Under the pieces are notes generated by a model. The model did no database searches. It worked only from the letters and a program-made list of their open reading frames with translations, and was not told the DNA's origin. From the NCBI RefSeq assembly GCF_009914755.1, contig NC_060934.1: a DNA stretch of 64,000 bases. The stretch is one strand, 5' to 3'. Numbering within the stretch: the first letter of the stretch is position 1; each line of letters begins with the position of its first letter. Below are positions 40,927-61,872 of this stretch, piece after piece. The stretch comes from the human T2T-CHM13v2.0 reference genome, Homo sapiens. Made by a program: the position numbers and the translations under genes.

Positions 40927-42850
40927 CCTGGACGGATGGTTTTCCTGCTTGGGAATGTTCCTGGGCTGTGAGATCCACTCTTCTGGGCAGGTGGTTAGCA
41001 CCTAACGTTTTCCCCTTACTTCCCCCCAAATTCTTAAGTCCTTTGGTCCATTTCATTACTTCTTTTGGGGAGGGCCTGATTCCTCAGGGCCTCAGTGGCA
41101 GAACCAGCCTGAGGTCACCTCCCTGTCCATGGGTTACCACGGCCCCTGGGCAGGCGTGGGGAGCTGGGGTGGCTTGGGTTCCTGGCCTTGGCACCTCCCT
41201 TTGGGCGGCTCTGGAGCGTGGCTGGGCTGTTGGTACAGGAGCCACAGGCCACTGCCTTTTTGGCTGAGGGGACCCTAACATCCTGGAGCAGGTGGGGCAG
41301 GGCCCATGGTCTCCTCTAGGTGGGAGGTGGGAGGCTGAGGCGGCGTGGGCAGGCAGGTGGATGGCGAGGCAGCATGGGCAGGACGGTGGATGGCGGGTCC
41401 ACAGGGGCAGCCAGCAGCTCCTGCACCCACTGGGGCTCCAAGACTGTGGGCAAGGGAGGAAGGGGGAGCCCAGGCCGGAGGATCCTGGGGGACGGTGCGG
41501 CCCGGGGGCCAGATGTGGTCACCGAGCCCAGCGAGGCCTAGGGCCGCAGCAGCCCCAGGGCACCGAGGGCGCCACCCAGCCCGACACAGAGGCACAGGCC
41601 GCCCGTGGGTCCAGCGCCCGAAGTCCACGTACAGTAGCTGTAGATGCCGAGCCGGTCCTGTTGCCTCCGGGAACCCAGTCCTCCTCGTCCTCCAGGCCGC
41701 GTTCCCTGGGTCCCGCGGCCCTTCTCCAGCCTGAGCCCGCCGCCCCGGCCGCAGCCACGCGCAGGGAGGAGCCCGGGGCACCATAGCACAGCGCCGGCCT
41801 CACACACACCCTCGAGGCCCCTCTCGAGCCCCCGCGGAGCCCTCCGCGGCCGCACGCAGAGGAAGGCGGCCTCCTGTAGCAGAGCCCAGCCATTCGCGGG
41901 TGCCCAGTTCATCTTCATGGGGCTAAACCTGCGGGAAGAGAGGGAAAGGGCCCTTAGTTTCCATGGAGATCGGGTGCCCAGAGGCGGAGGGCTCAAGGCT
42001 GGAGAGCAGAGGGACCCCCATCTTTTGTGGGATCAGGGTGCCCCCAGCATCTTGGAGGCCCACTGAGGCCTGGGGGGGCGCGGTTTAACCTCTAGCATCA
42101 GGGACTTAGGCCTGGGGGAGGCGCTGGGAAGTGGCAGGTGGGGCAGGAGGGTTCTGCACCTGAAGGTTGTGCACCTGGATTGGGGGTGTAGAAGCGGGGC
42201 AGGAGCGTTCAGGCCTCTGGGGGCGTCCAGGCCCGGGCGGGGGAGCAAGCCTGGGGGAGGGAGCTCTGCACGCGTTGCTGGGATGTGGGGGGCGGGGGGA
42301 GGCGGCATCGGGGGAGGGGCGTTGTGTTTGGAGGACGCGGTAGCCGGGACCAAGAGCTGGCTCAGATCAGGGTCTGGAACGGGGACGGGCCGTGCCTGGG
42401 CCTGGTCCCCACCTTTGGGGCCAAAGCCTGGGTGCGGGCCTTGCGGATGCTGCGGAGGACAAGCGGCTGCTGACACCGTGCGGACTCCGCCCCAGCAGAC
42501 CCGTGCCCCAGGGACAGTCCCTTCCGCGCGCGCCCGGCGCTCAATGCCGTCCCCGGCCGCCTAGTTCAGCAGCTGGCTGGGGGCGGGACGGGGTCGAGTT
42601 GCGGGGCCGCGTCCAGACACGGCTGTGCGGGCGACAGCTGCATCCCCTCCCCGCGCCGCCCCTCGCTCCCGGCCCCGTACCCGCCCCAGCCTCCCGGCCT
42701 TACCCGCCATGGGCCTCGGTTGGAACCGCGCGCTGGAGTATCCGTCCCTGAGGCCGCGGCCGAGCGGGAAGGAGCGGGCGGGCGGCGGCGCGGACCCTCA
42801 GCCGGAGCGCGGAGCCGCGGCGCCTGGGTTTTGCGCGAGGCCTCCGCCCT
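40927..42850 (-). pseudogene. SPRNP1: Unprocessed Shadoo (SPRN) pseudogene: exon 1 ~42850-42704, intron, exon 2 from 41928, coding remnant 41912-41538
   Basis: Remnants MNWAP..WALL..AAFLC, RGASRV.VRPA..YGAPGSSLRVAAAG, WRRAAGP.ERGLEDEED.VPGGN.TG and GIYSY..WTSGAGPT...LGGALGALGLLRP*, with frameshifts. The intron is retained (donor G|GTAAG at 42704, acceptor cgcag| at 41928). Confidence 0.92.
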
Positions 42851-43450
42851 GGGATTGGGGCGGGCAGTCGCGGAGGCGCATCCCTGGTGAGCCGGTGGGA
42901 GGGGAAAAGGATGTCGCGTCCCCCATCCTTGCGGCCTCCCGTTCTCCGTCACCAGCCCCCTCCGTCTCCTGCATCACAAGGCCCCGTCCCCGCGGTCCCC
43001 CGCGACCCCCGCACCCGGCCCCGCTCCACCCGCCGTGCTTCCTGCCCCTCCACACCCTCGTCCCCACCCGGGCCCATCCCCCTGTGAGCCCTGGTGCCCT
43101 GGGATGAGGGCCGAGGTCCTGAGCGGAGAGGGTGCTTGTACCAGCCCCATGGTGGCTCGAGCCCACCCCGCGGCCCCTCCCGTGGCAGGTGCGGTTTCTC
43201 CACCGGTTGTCAGCTGCGGGGCTGGGCGGAGACCTCCTCAACCTCCGGCCTTGTTTCAGGGAGGATGGGGTCGACCCTTGCGATCCCCAGAGGCCCCCCA
43301 TGGCTCCTCCTGGGCTGGCTGTCTTCCTCCTGTGGGTTCTGATGCCACCTGGGCCGACGGCGTCTTCTCAGCCCAGGGCGGCCGCGCCTCCGGTGAGTTT
43401 CAGCTGAGGGCGCGCGGCCAGCTCCGAGCCTGGCTCCGGGTGCAGCACCG
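41480..43450. other. CpG island of the SPRN duplicate
   Basis: Very high GC and CpG density; boundaries approximate. Confidence 0.8.
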
Positions 43451-45877
43451 GCCTGGGACCTCTGCTGTCCCGTGTAGGGGTGCCCTGCAAATATGTGATG
43501 AATAAGTGAAGAAATACGTTCTATCTTCTAACTTGCCGGATGTTAGAAGGAAACCAAGCTTATGCTTCTCATTTATAGCTACCGTTAAGGATTGGACAGA
43601 AGCTTAGCTTTTTGGGTGAGACGGACAACAGTGTTTTTAGAACCTTTGGCAAGGAAGAGCTGGAAAGAACATGTATTTGAAAGTGACTGACAGGTCTTCT
43701 GGCCCTAGGGGGCCACCTGAGCAGGTGCACCCAGCTTCCCTCCAAGACAGAAAATAAATTAAGAAGGAGAGCAGGAAGGGCCCCGGCAGACTCCAGACGG
43801 GAGGGGGTGCTGCCCATCAGGCAGAAGGAGCTTGGAAGGGAGGGGCCGTGGCCATGGGACGTGGAGGTGGAAGCGAGGGTCATCATAGGTCTGCACACTC
43901 GGGTTGAGTCCCCCTTCCCCATCACACACAGGACAGCCAGCAGTGAGCTGCTTACCCCAAGGAGTCAAGGGGGTTCTTGGGCAACCCCTGGTGCTGGAGC
44001 CGGCAGTGGACAGCACCGCAGCCAGACCTTGCTTATTTTTGGCTCATGAGGAACATCTGTGACCGTTCCCTCCCCTGGCCCTGGGAGGGGATGTGTGACC
44101 TCCACTCAAGACAGCCATGCGGCTCCTCCGGCTGCGGGCGGGGAGGGCATGTTTCCCAGCACAGGCCCAGGACTGCCAGCTGAGAGGCTGGGAGGGGCCC
44201 CTCACCCCTAGACTTTGCATGTGAAGCCAAGCGTGGAGCCTCACAGGGAATCTGAGATGGGAGCCAGTGAGATGGGGGCAGGACCCAGAGGGGAGAAGAG
44301 GTCCTGGGGATGCTGTGGATCTGGATCCAGCGTGCGGGAGCTGAGGTTCCGGAGTGAAACACTGCCTTTCATGGAAGCACGTCTTCCTGTCACCCATCGG
44401 CTTCATTTTAAAGGATGAAAATGTATCAGACATTCAAGGAGAGCTGCATCACATAAAAGAAAGACCAGGCAAAGAAACGGAAAATAAATGGATTGAGAAA
44501 TGTGAATGACTCCAATCATTCCAATCATTGGAATGAATGGATTGGATCCAATCCATAGACTCAGATTAGGGAGATATATTTATATAATAAGAACAGGAAA
44601 CTGTGAAGATGAAATAAGACAAAAAAGACACTTTTGAGATTAAAAAATTACTGCAAAAAAAAAAAAACCAACAGAAGGATGGAATTGTATATTTCAGGAA
44701 ATGTTTCTGGCAAAAAGGCAGCAAATATGAAAGAAAAGGGGATAGACCCAGGGGATCCATTTTGGGCTCTAACATCTAACAGTTGTTCCAAGGCCGAGAA
44801 CACAGAATGGGAAAAGGAAGGGGGAGGCGGTGCTCCAGCTGATTTTATGATTCCAGAAGCCTTCTATCTTAAGATGTATAGGATGTATCTTAGGGTGTAT
44901 AAGAGAAGCGCAAGAGAAACATTTAGGCTGTTTTATGTTTGAGTAGAGACATGAAAGTTTTAAATAAAGCAGCAGCACAATGAGTCCAGCGGCACATCAG
45001 AAAGCAAATCACCATGATCAGGTCAGGTTCAGGGTGGTTTTATGTCATAACATATGTCAGTGTGCTTTACCTATTAGTGGACCAAAGGCAAAAAATACGG
45101 TTTTCTACAGAGAAAGACAAAGCATTTGATTTCAATCAACATTCGTTTGTGGTGAAACATGTTGAGAAAACTCATCATAGAAGTGAAATGTTTTCTTTGA
45201 TAAAGGCTAATCTCAGAAGACATATGTAGTGGAGAGCTTTTAAATGTATTTTTAAAAATACGAACCAATGAGAAGATTGCCTACTTTCACCGCTTCTGTT
45301 TAACACAGCATTGGCAGAGCTGCCACCAAGAAGAACACAGCACGTTGAAGGCACGGTGGCTCCTGAAGCTGCAGCCCTGAGACCTGATTGTACCATGGAA
45401 GGTGGGGTGGCTCCTGCAGCTGTAGCCCTGAGACCTGATTCCACCACAAGTGCTGCAGCTGGCAGAGGCCACAGGACATAGGCATAACTGGTGAAACCTG
45501 CAACTGAGGGTGTCGGGGGCTCCTGGGAGAGCCTCCGTCCCCGCTAAGGAGAGGGGCTGCGTAGAACCTGTGTGCTATTGTCCTTTCCCCCTTTTTCCTG
45601 CTGGGAGTGGGACTTGGTGCCGAGGGTGGCTCCTGACATCGGAAGACCCCAGGATGCTGGGTCAGCGGCTAGGCGGGTGGAGGGTGGGGTTGTCCCCGGC
45701 ACATGGCGGTGCTGCTCTGCCACTCTGCACTGCTGGGTGTCTCACATCTCATCCCTGTATTAAGCAGGTACTCCCTAGACTTGCAGCCAGATGTATACCT
45801 TAGATTTAAAAGATGGTAGAATTTCTCTACCAGAACAAAAAATAGCTTTAAAAAATATAAGATAAAAAGCCATTCAT

Positions 45878-46191
<314 letters not shown>

Positions 46192-46372
46192 TCACCACAG
46201 TCCGCAATGTAAAAGACCTCTGTGGAGAACATCAAAAAGTTATTAAAGAATATAAAATAAAATCTGCATAAATGGAGGATGCACAGGATATTGTGAAGGT
46301 GACAGTTTGCCACAAATTGATCCATAAATTTAATGAAATTACAATAAAAATCTTTGCATAATTTTTAAAAGA

Positions 46373-46712
46373 CTGTTATGAACTGAACCTGGTCTCCCTC
46401 AAATTCATGCATTGAATTCCCAACCCCTAATACTGCAGGGGTGGGTGCATTTGGAAATAGGACCTTAAAGAGGTGACTAAGGTTAAATGAGGTGAGGTGA
46501 GCTTGATGTCGTTAACAAGAGGAACTCAGGACCCAGACACCCACTGTGGGATGGCTCTGTGAAGACATAGGGAGAAGATGGTGTCTACAAGCCAAGAAGA
46601 GAGGATGCAGAAGAAACCAACCCTGCCAAACTGTGAGAAAACAAATTTTTGTTGTTTAAGCCACCCTGTCTGTGGCACTTTGTTATGATAGTAACAAAAT
46701 AGCACAGAACCC
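46373..46712 (+). mobile_element. MaLR LTR (MLT1-type)
   Basis: tgttatgaactgaa...caaattcat...atttggaaatagg...gaaaccaaccctgcc...tgtttaagccacc. Confidence 0.7.
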
Positions 46713-46719
46713 AAAAGTT

Positions 46720-47760
46720 TCTAAAGTCTATATGGAAAAATAAATGCCTAAAATAGCTATTAATAAAATAATTTTGAAAAAGAAGATCAAAGAAGAGTAA
46801 CTCACCATGTCATATTAAGACGTTGTAGAAAGCCATAGTAATAAAACAACCAAGTCTTTGCAAGGATTAGACAGAGACCAACACGAGAACAAGGATACCA
46901 TTAAGAAGCTCATGTAGGAACCTGTCCATGTCTACAGGAATAAAAGAAGATTGAGAATTTTGGAAGAGACTGGGAAACTAAAAGGACAAAAAGGAAAGTC
47001 TAGAATCAAAAAATACATTTTAAAACACAGAAGATTAGACATGGCTAGAGAGAGAATTAGTAACATGGAAGATCAAAATATCCAGAAAAAAAAAAAGGAG
47101 GCAGAGGGTACACTATAAAAAGGCCTGACATGCCATGTAATAGAAGCAATGGAAGAAGAGAATGAGGTAGGTGTAATATTTAAGGAAATAATCACCAATC
47201 AGTTCCAAAAACTGATGAAAGAAATTAAATCCTGAATTCTAGAGGCATTACAAACTCCAAGTGCAATAAATACAAAAAAAAGCATACCTAGGTAAGACAG
47301 CTTTAAACCAAACAACTTCCAGAAGCAGGGGAAACTCAAATTACCTGCAAAAGAGTAAAAGTAAGACTGGCAGCTGGCTTCTCAACAGAAAGAGGCAGTG
47401 GGTGACAAAGCAGAAATGCAGTTTGTCAAGTCCCTGTCCCAGCATCACAGAGCTGACTGTGAAGGGTGGTTAGAAGCTAAGAGGCAGCAGATTAATAATT
47501 GGCATAGATAAAAAAGTTACCATGCAAATACTAAAAAGAAGCCAGTGTAGCTATATTAATGCCAGACAAAGTAGACTTTATGACCCAAAGGTTGAGGTAA
47601 AAGCACTACTAGGGACAAAGAGTAATGCCTCTTAGTGATGAAAGGTAAATTTACCAAGATGATAAAACATTTCTAAATCTGTATGCACTTCATGACATAA
47701 GCTCACAATATACAAAACAAAAATAGTAAGAAAGATTTAGAGTGAAAACTCATTGACATA
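46720..47760 (+). mobile_element. Old L1M fragments
   Basis: A-rich L1 ORF-like segments (e.g. gtagctatattaat..cagacaaagtagacttta); boundaries approximate. Confidence 0.55.
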
Positions 47761-48572
47761 AATTTAAAACTCACACACAACACCACACATCTGTTGAGTA
47801 CCTCTCTCTCCAAGGACACATGCTGAATGCATCACACTGGGTGGCTGTGATGAGGGAGGTGGGATTGGGGCATGGAAAAACCGTGAAATCAAGTGAGAGA
47901 TACCTCCCCACAACCAGGTGCCGCAGCCCAATAGGAAGAGACGTGCTTGGTCAACTTAGTTTCTGCCCTCAAGCACCAGAGAGAAAAGGCAGAGAAACCA
48001 GGTAAGGGCACATTGTCTATTCATTAGACCCATGGAGTTTTCAATAAAAGGACACAAAATGACATTCCTGTTTCTGAGGAAAGGGGACACCTGTGTGTTT
48101 GGTGGTGCTGCCTGGATGTGTCAGAGCCCTTTGCTCACCTGGCCTCAGGCTCTGCTCTGAGGAGCTGGGACCTCATGGCAAGGAGACCATCCCTCTGGGC
48201 CTGCAGGACTGGGCAGAGTGGCTGGCCTCCATAGCAGCTGTTCATCCGAGAGGGTCAGGGGAGAGGCCGTGAGAGGGGGCTTCTTGTGAGCTCCAGGCCC
48301 AGCTTCTCCTGGGCTGGAGGCTCCTAGCTGCTGTGGCAAGGAGCTGTCCTGGCAGTGCTGAGGCCCAGGTCTGGCATCTCTGCCCCTCACTGCTCAAGGA
48401 GATGCTTGCCTGTGGCCACTCTGTGCTCTTGGCAACTCTGGGTGATATGGGCGAGGGCAGGACTTGCTGACTGCCCTGGTGGGAGAGGGCTGTGGCTGCC
48501 TTGGGTGGTCACCAGTGTCTGTGAGCACAGGGAAGGAGGAAGAGGGATTGGGCAGCTCTCCCTCCTGCAGCT

Positions 48573-49455
48573 CTAAAGGGGAAGGGCCTGGAGGAGTTTG
48601 GCCAGGGCCTCCCTGATGTTGCAGTTCCCAGGCAGTAGATGATGGGTTTGAGCAGAGGGATCCCAACCAAGTAGACCCCTGACACCAGCTTGATGAGGTT
48701 AGAGGAGCCGCCACCCCAGGTGGGAGGCATAGGTGGGGAAGGCCTTTAGCTGCTGGGCCTTTCTGGAATCCTCAGCGATCTGGCCAGGATGTGGGTGTAG
48801 GAGACCGTGGTTGCCTGCAGGGAAGCCGCAAGGATCACCTGGGCTGCCTGAGTCCGCATTTCTATGGTAGTGGTGCTGGAGCAAGAGAGCCCTAGCGGGG
48901 GTGGGATATCACAGAAGTGGTTGAGGACATCGGGGCTGCGGAGCCTCAGGCTGGAGTTGAGAGCCGTGGACACAAAGGAGGCTGGGAAGCTGCTGAGCTG
49001 GGCGCTGATGGCCAGGTGCAGGCAGAGCCAGCTGCATGGAGTCCATGATGGGCTGGGTAGTGCAGCAGGTGGCAGATGACTGGGTGCCAGTCACAGTCCA
49101 TGTTGGCCGGGAGGACGCACTCAGAGGAGCTGAGTGAGAGGAAGAGGAGCAGCCAGGTGAGGTGCCCCGAGAAGGAGATAGATGGTCGTCGCTCGTGCTG
49201 GGAGTCCGGCCAACAGCTTTGGGACGGTGACCGAGGTGTACAGAGTCTCCAGCACCGAGAGTTTGGCCAGGAAGAGGTGTGTGGATATGTGCAGGTGGTG
49301 GCTGGCTCTGATGGTCCCCACGACAGCCAGGTCCTCTAGGATGGTCACCACATAGATGATGAGGAGTGACCAAATAGCAGCCCTTGAAGATGGTGCAGCT
49401 CTGGGAAGCTCAGAAACACAAACTCTGTCACCACAGTATTGCTGGAATTGTACGT
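48573..49455 (-). pseudogene. OR6L1P: Olfactory receptor family 6 pseudogene (OR6L subfamily; L1P vs L2P assignment from memory of gene order)
   Basis: Start codon mutated to gccACG. OR motifs NSSNTVVTEFVFLSFP, LHISTHLFLAKLSVLETLYTSVTVPKLL, NHFCDIPP.LGLSCS, KAFPTYASHL and PLLKPIIYCL are scattered over different frames, with a deletion after TM6. Confidence 0.8.
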
Positions 49456-50299
49456 GGCCCTCCTGGTCAGGCAAGTCACTTCTCAGCACTCCAGAACAGT
49501 GGGGAGACTAGGCTGTGGTGTGTGATGGGGTCACAGCCCTGCTCCACTGGTGAGAGCTAGGTAAGAGCGCTGTAAGCCCTCCTGGGATCTTAGGGCAGGG
49601 GCTCAGGCTCACAGACTGTCCCACCATGCACCTTTGGGACCTGCTGCAATACTTATCTGTCATCCCCACCTCTCAGCCCAACATGCCCACTTACCCAGAG
49701 CTAATGCCTGGCCAAGGGGCCTTGGGACCTGTACACACTCATATGATCAGGTATACCCCCTCTTACACCTATACGCCCTGAGGTGCATAATCTTCCCTGC
49801 CCCAACACACAGGTACATGGCCAGGTGCACACATATATACTCAGTGCACGTCCCTCCCCAGCTGCACACACACCCTGGTGCACACACATGCACCCAAGTG
49901 CACACCCCCAGATGTACACACAGCGCAAGGGAAGACCCATTCTGCCTGGCGTGCCTTCTCGGGGCTGTGTGCCTTGGGGCCCTTCCTGGACCTCAACCCT
50001 GCTGGCCCCCAGGGGCCAGGGGCACCCTGTACGGGTGAACAAAGCTTCCAGGGGTTTTGCAGAGGGGAGGGAGGCTCCTCCCCACCTTTTAGGTCCTGAC
50101 ATCTTTATCTTGTACTTTCTGAGCCAGCAAAGGGGCGGACGAGGGAAGGGCGGGAGCTGTCCACTCAGAGCCTCCAATGGGTCTGTGTGGCGTGGGGTTC
50201 TGGTTCCTGGACTTGCCTGCAGTTGGGTGTCTGAGGGCAGGATGGGGGTTGGAGGGTGAGCTGGGACAGTGGTGGGAGAAGGAGCTCCGCAGGCCTGTG

Positions 50300-51130
50300 C
50301 AGCAGCTCCTCTGGGAGGTCCCCGCCCCTCTCGGGGGATGTAAGCCCCAGACCCCTACCTCGCACTCTGCCTCTGGGTCTGTCTGCGCCTGGGCAGCGGC
50401 CGGGTCCCCGTGGACAAGTGGAATTCCTGGGTGACCCTTGACCCAGCCTTCTACCACCCCTTCCTCACCGGTGCTCGGGGGTCTGAGCTGGCGGCTGCTC
50501 CAGGCCCACCTGGTGAGACGACTTCAGAGACCCCTACCCATGGCGGGGGCGAGGACGGAGTGCTGGGGGGCGCCACTGGCCAGCCTCAGGAGATGCATGG
50601 GCCCCGCCCTGGGTGCAGCGTGGGCGGCTGCGGGGAGGGGCTGGGCCGACGAAGGCTCAGCGCTGAGGACCCTCTGCAGCGCCCCCGTCCACCCCCCCCC
50701 CCCAGTCCCACAGCACCCCGGGCGACGTGGACCAGCCAGCGAGGCACCTTGGGGCTCAGGGCTGGGGCCCTGGGTGCATCCGCGCAGCCTCCCCCAGGTC
50801 TTCGCGTGGAGACCAAGGTCACGGCGGGCCCCGCCTCCCTCGCAGGTGCGTCTCCCCCGGCCCCGCCTCTACCTGCCTCCGCTGGTGTTTCTTATTCGGT
50901 TCCTTTGTGACCTTGCCCTCCCCACCCCCTATCTGCTCCCCATCCTGGAAGTCTCTCATTGCAAATTTTCACTCCGATGGGACTGCCAGAGCGATTTGTA
51001 AAGTGCTCTGCAGGCCCATGGAGGGACCCGCTGAGCTGGGAGGCCTCCCCACGCTCTGCTCAGCCGCAAATAGAGCTTTCCATGCAAACTTCCCTCCCGG
51101 TGCCCTCACCCCGGGGACACGAACCTGGGA
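50300..51130. other. GC/CpG-rich segment without recognisable gene
   Basis: Elevated CpG; ORFs show no recognisable homology. Confidence 0.45.
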
Positions 51131-51199
51131 CAGGTCGCAGACTCGAGGCCCTTCCCTTGAGGGTGGGGGCTGCTGAATGCTACCCAGTAGGCTGCCTTT

Positions 51200-60147
<8,948 letters not shown>

Positions 60148-60149
60148 GA

Positions 60150-61790
60150 GCTTTATTGAGGTATAATCAGTGTACAATAAACTGGTGTATTTGAAGTGGA
60201 CCATCTGATGAGTTCTGATATGCACACGCCAGTGAAGCCATCACCACAATCAAGGCAGTGAACATCTCATCATCACAGCTTCCACTTCCTGCCCCACTTT
60301 TACCCTCCTTTGTGCCCCTCCCCACACCCCGTCTCCCACGACCACTGATGTGCCTCTGTCACCACAGGTCAGTCTGCGCTGTCTGGAATTTATAGTCACA
60401 GAATCATCGCCTGCATCTTCTTTCTTCTGGCTTTCACAACACAATATTTTTAGATTCATCCATGTTACTGTTGTATTGCTTGTTCGGTCCTTGCCATTCC
60501 TGAGTTGCATTCCATTGTATGGATGCCCCACAATGTGTTTAATCCATTCACCTGTTGGTGGACATTTGGGTTGTTTCAGTTTGGGGCTATTGTCAGTAAT
60601 GCCGCTGTGAACATTCACATACAAGTCTTTTTACACGCAGATGTCTTAATTTCCTTGGGTGAATACCTAGGAGTACAATGGCTAGATCATATGGTAGGTG
60701 CATGTTTACCTACTTAGGAAACCTCCAAACCATTTTCCAAAGTGGATTTACTATTTTGAGTTCCAGATTCTCGACATCCTCTCCAACAACTGGTGTGGTC
60801 CATGTTTTAATTTTAGCCACTGTACTAGAAGTGCAGTGGTTTTAATTTGCATTTCCCTAAAGACTAATGACCATTGCCTAGTTGCCATTCATGTGTTGTC
60901 TCTGGTGAAGCTCAAATATTTTGCCTATTATTTTATTGGGTTATTTGTTTCCTTATTCTTGAGTATAAGCATTCATTGTATTTTCTGAATATAAATCCTT
61001 TATTAGATACATAATGTGCAATTTTTTTCCCAGTCTATGGCTTATCTTTTTGTTTTCTTAATCTATTTTAGGAGGAGGTTTTCATTTTGATGAAGTACAA
61101 TCCATCTATTGATTCTTTTATAGTTTGTATTTTATATTCAAGTTATAGTCAAGAAATCTTTGCATAATCCAAGATCACCAAGATTTTCCCCCATATTTTC
61201 TTCTAGAAGTTGTATAATTTTAAGAGGTTTTATTTAGGTCCGTGATGTATTTTGAGTTCATTTTTGCTTATGGTATGAGGTATGGCTCAAAGTTCTTTTT
61301 TCTGTACTGAATTGTCTTTGTCCCTTTCACAAATATTGTCCATATTTTTCTGAGTTGATTTCTGGTCTCTCTATTTAGTTCCATTATTTTATTTGTTTAT
61401 CTTTAACACCAGTGCCACATTTTCTTGATAACTGTGGCTTTATATGTCTTTAAATCTTATGGTATCAATCCTCCAAATTTGCTCTTCTTTTTCAAAGTTG
61501 TTTTGACTATTTTAGATCTTTTGTATTTCCGTATGAATTTTAGAATAAGTTTGTCAATTTCCACAAAAAAACTTCTGGGGTTTTGACTGTCATTGAATTT
61601 AATCTGTAGATCAGTCTTATGAGAATTGACCCATTAACAGTATCAATTCTTCTGGTCCATGAAGATAGTGTATCTCTCCATTTATTTAGGTCTCTAATTA
61701 GTCTCAGCAGGTATCTGTAGCTTTTGGGGTATAGATAGATCTTTCATGTGTTTTGTTGGATGTATCTCTAAGCATTTCATATTTTTTGTG
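60150..61790 (-). mobile_element. L1MB/L1M 3' portion
   Basis: ctttattgaggtataat...ttggtggacatttgggttgtttc...ggctagatcatatggtag. Confidence 0.75.
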
Positions 61791-61794
61791 GTAT

Positions 61795-61872
61795 TGATGC
61801 AGGACAGGCAAGCCCCAAAACTGGGGCTTAGCCCAGGAGGGTTCTTGGCGTTGCCCAGGAAAGAATTCAAGA
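61795..61872. mobile_element. ERV1 LTR end fragment (MER51/MER57-like)
   Basis: tgatgcaggacaggcaagccccaaaa.tggggcttagccc.ggagggttcttggc...caggaaagaattcaag. Confidence 0.55.
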
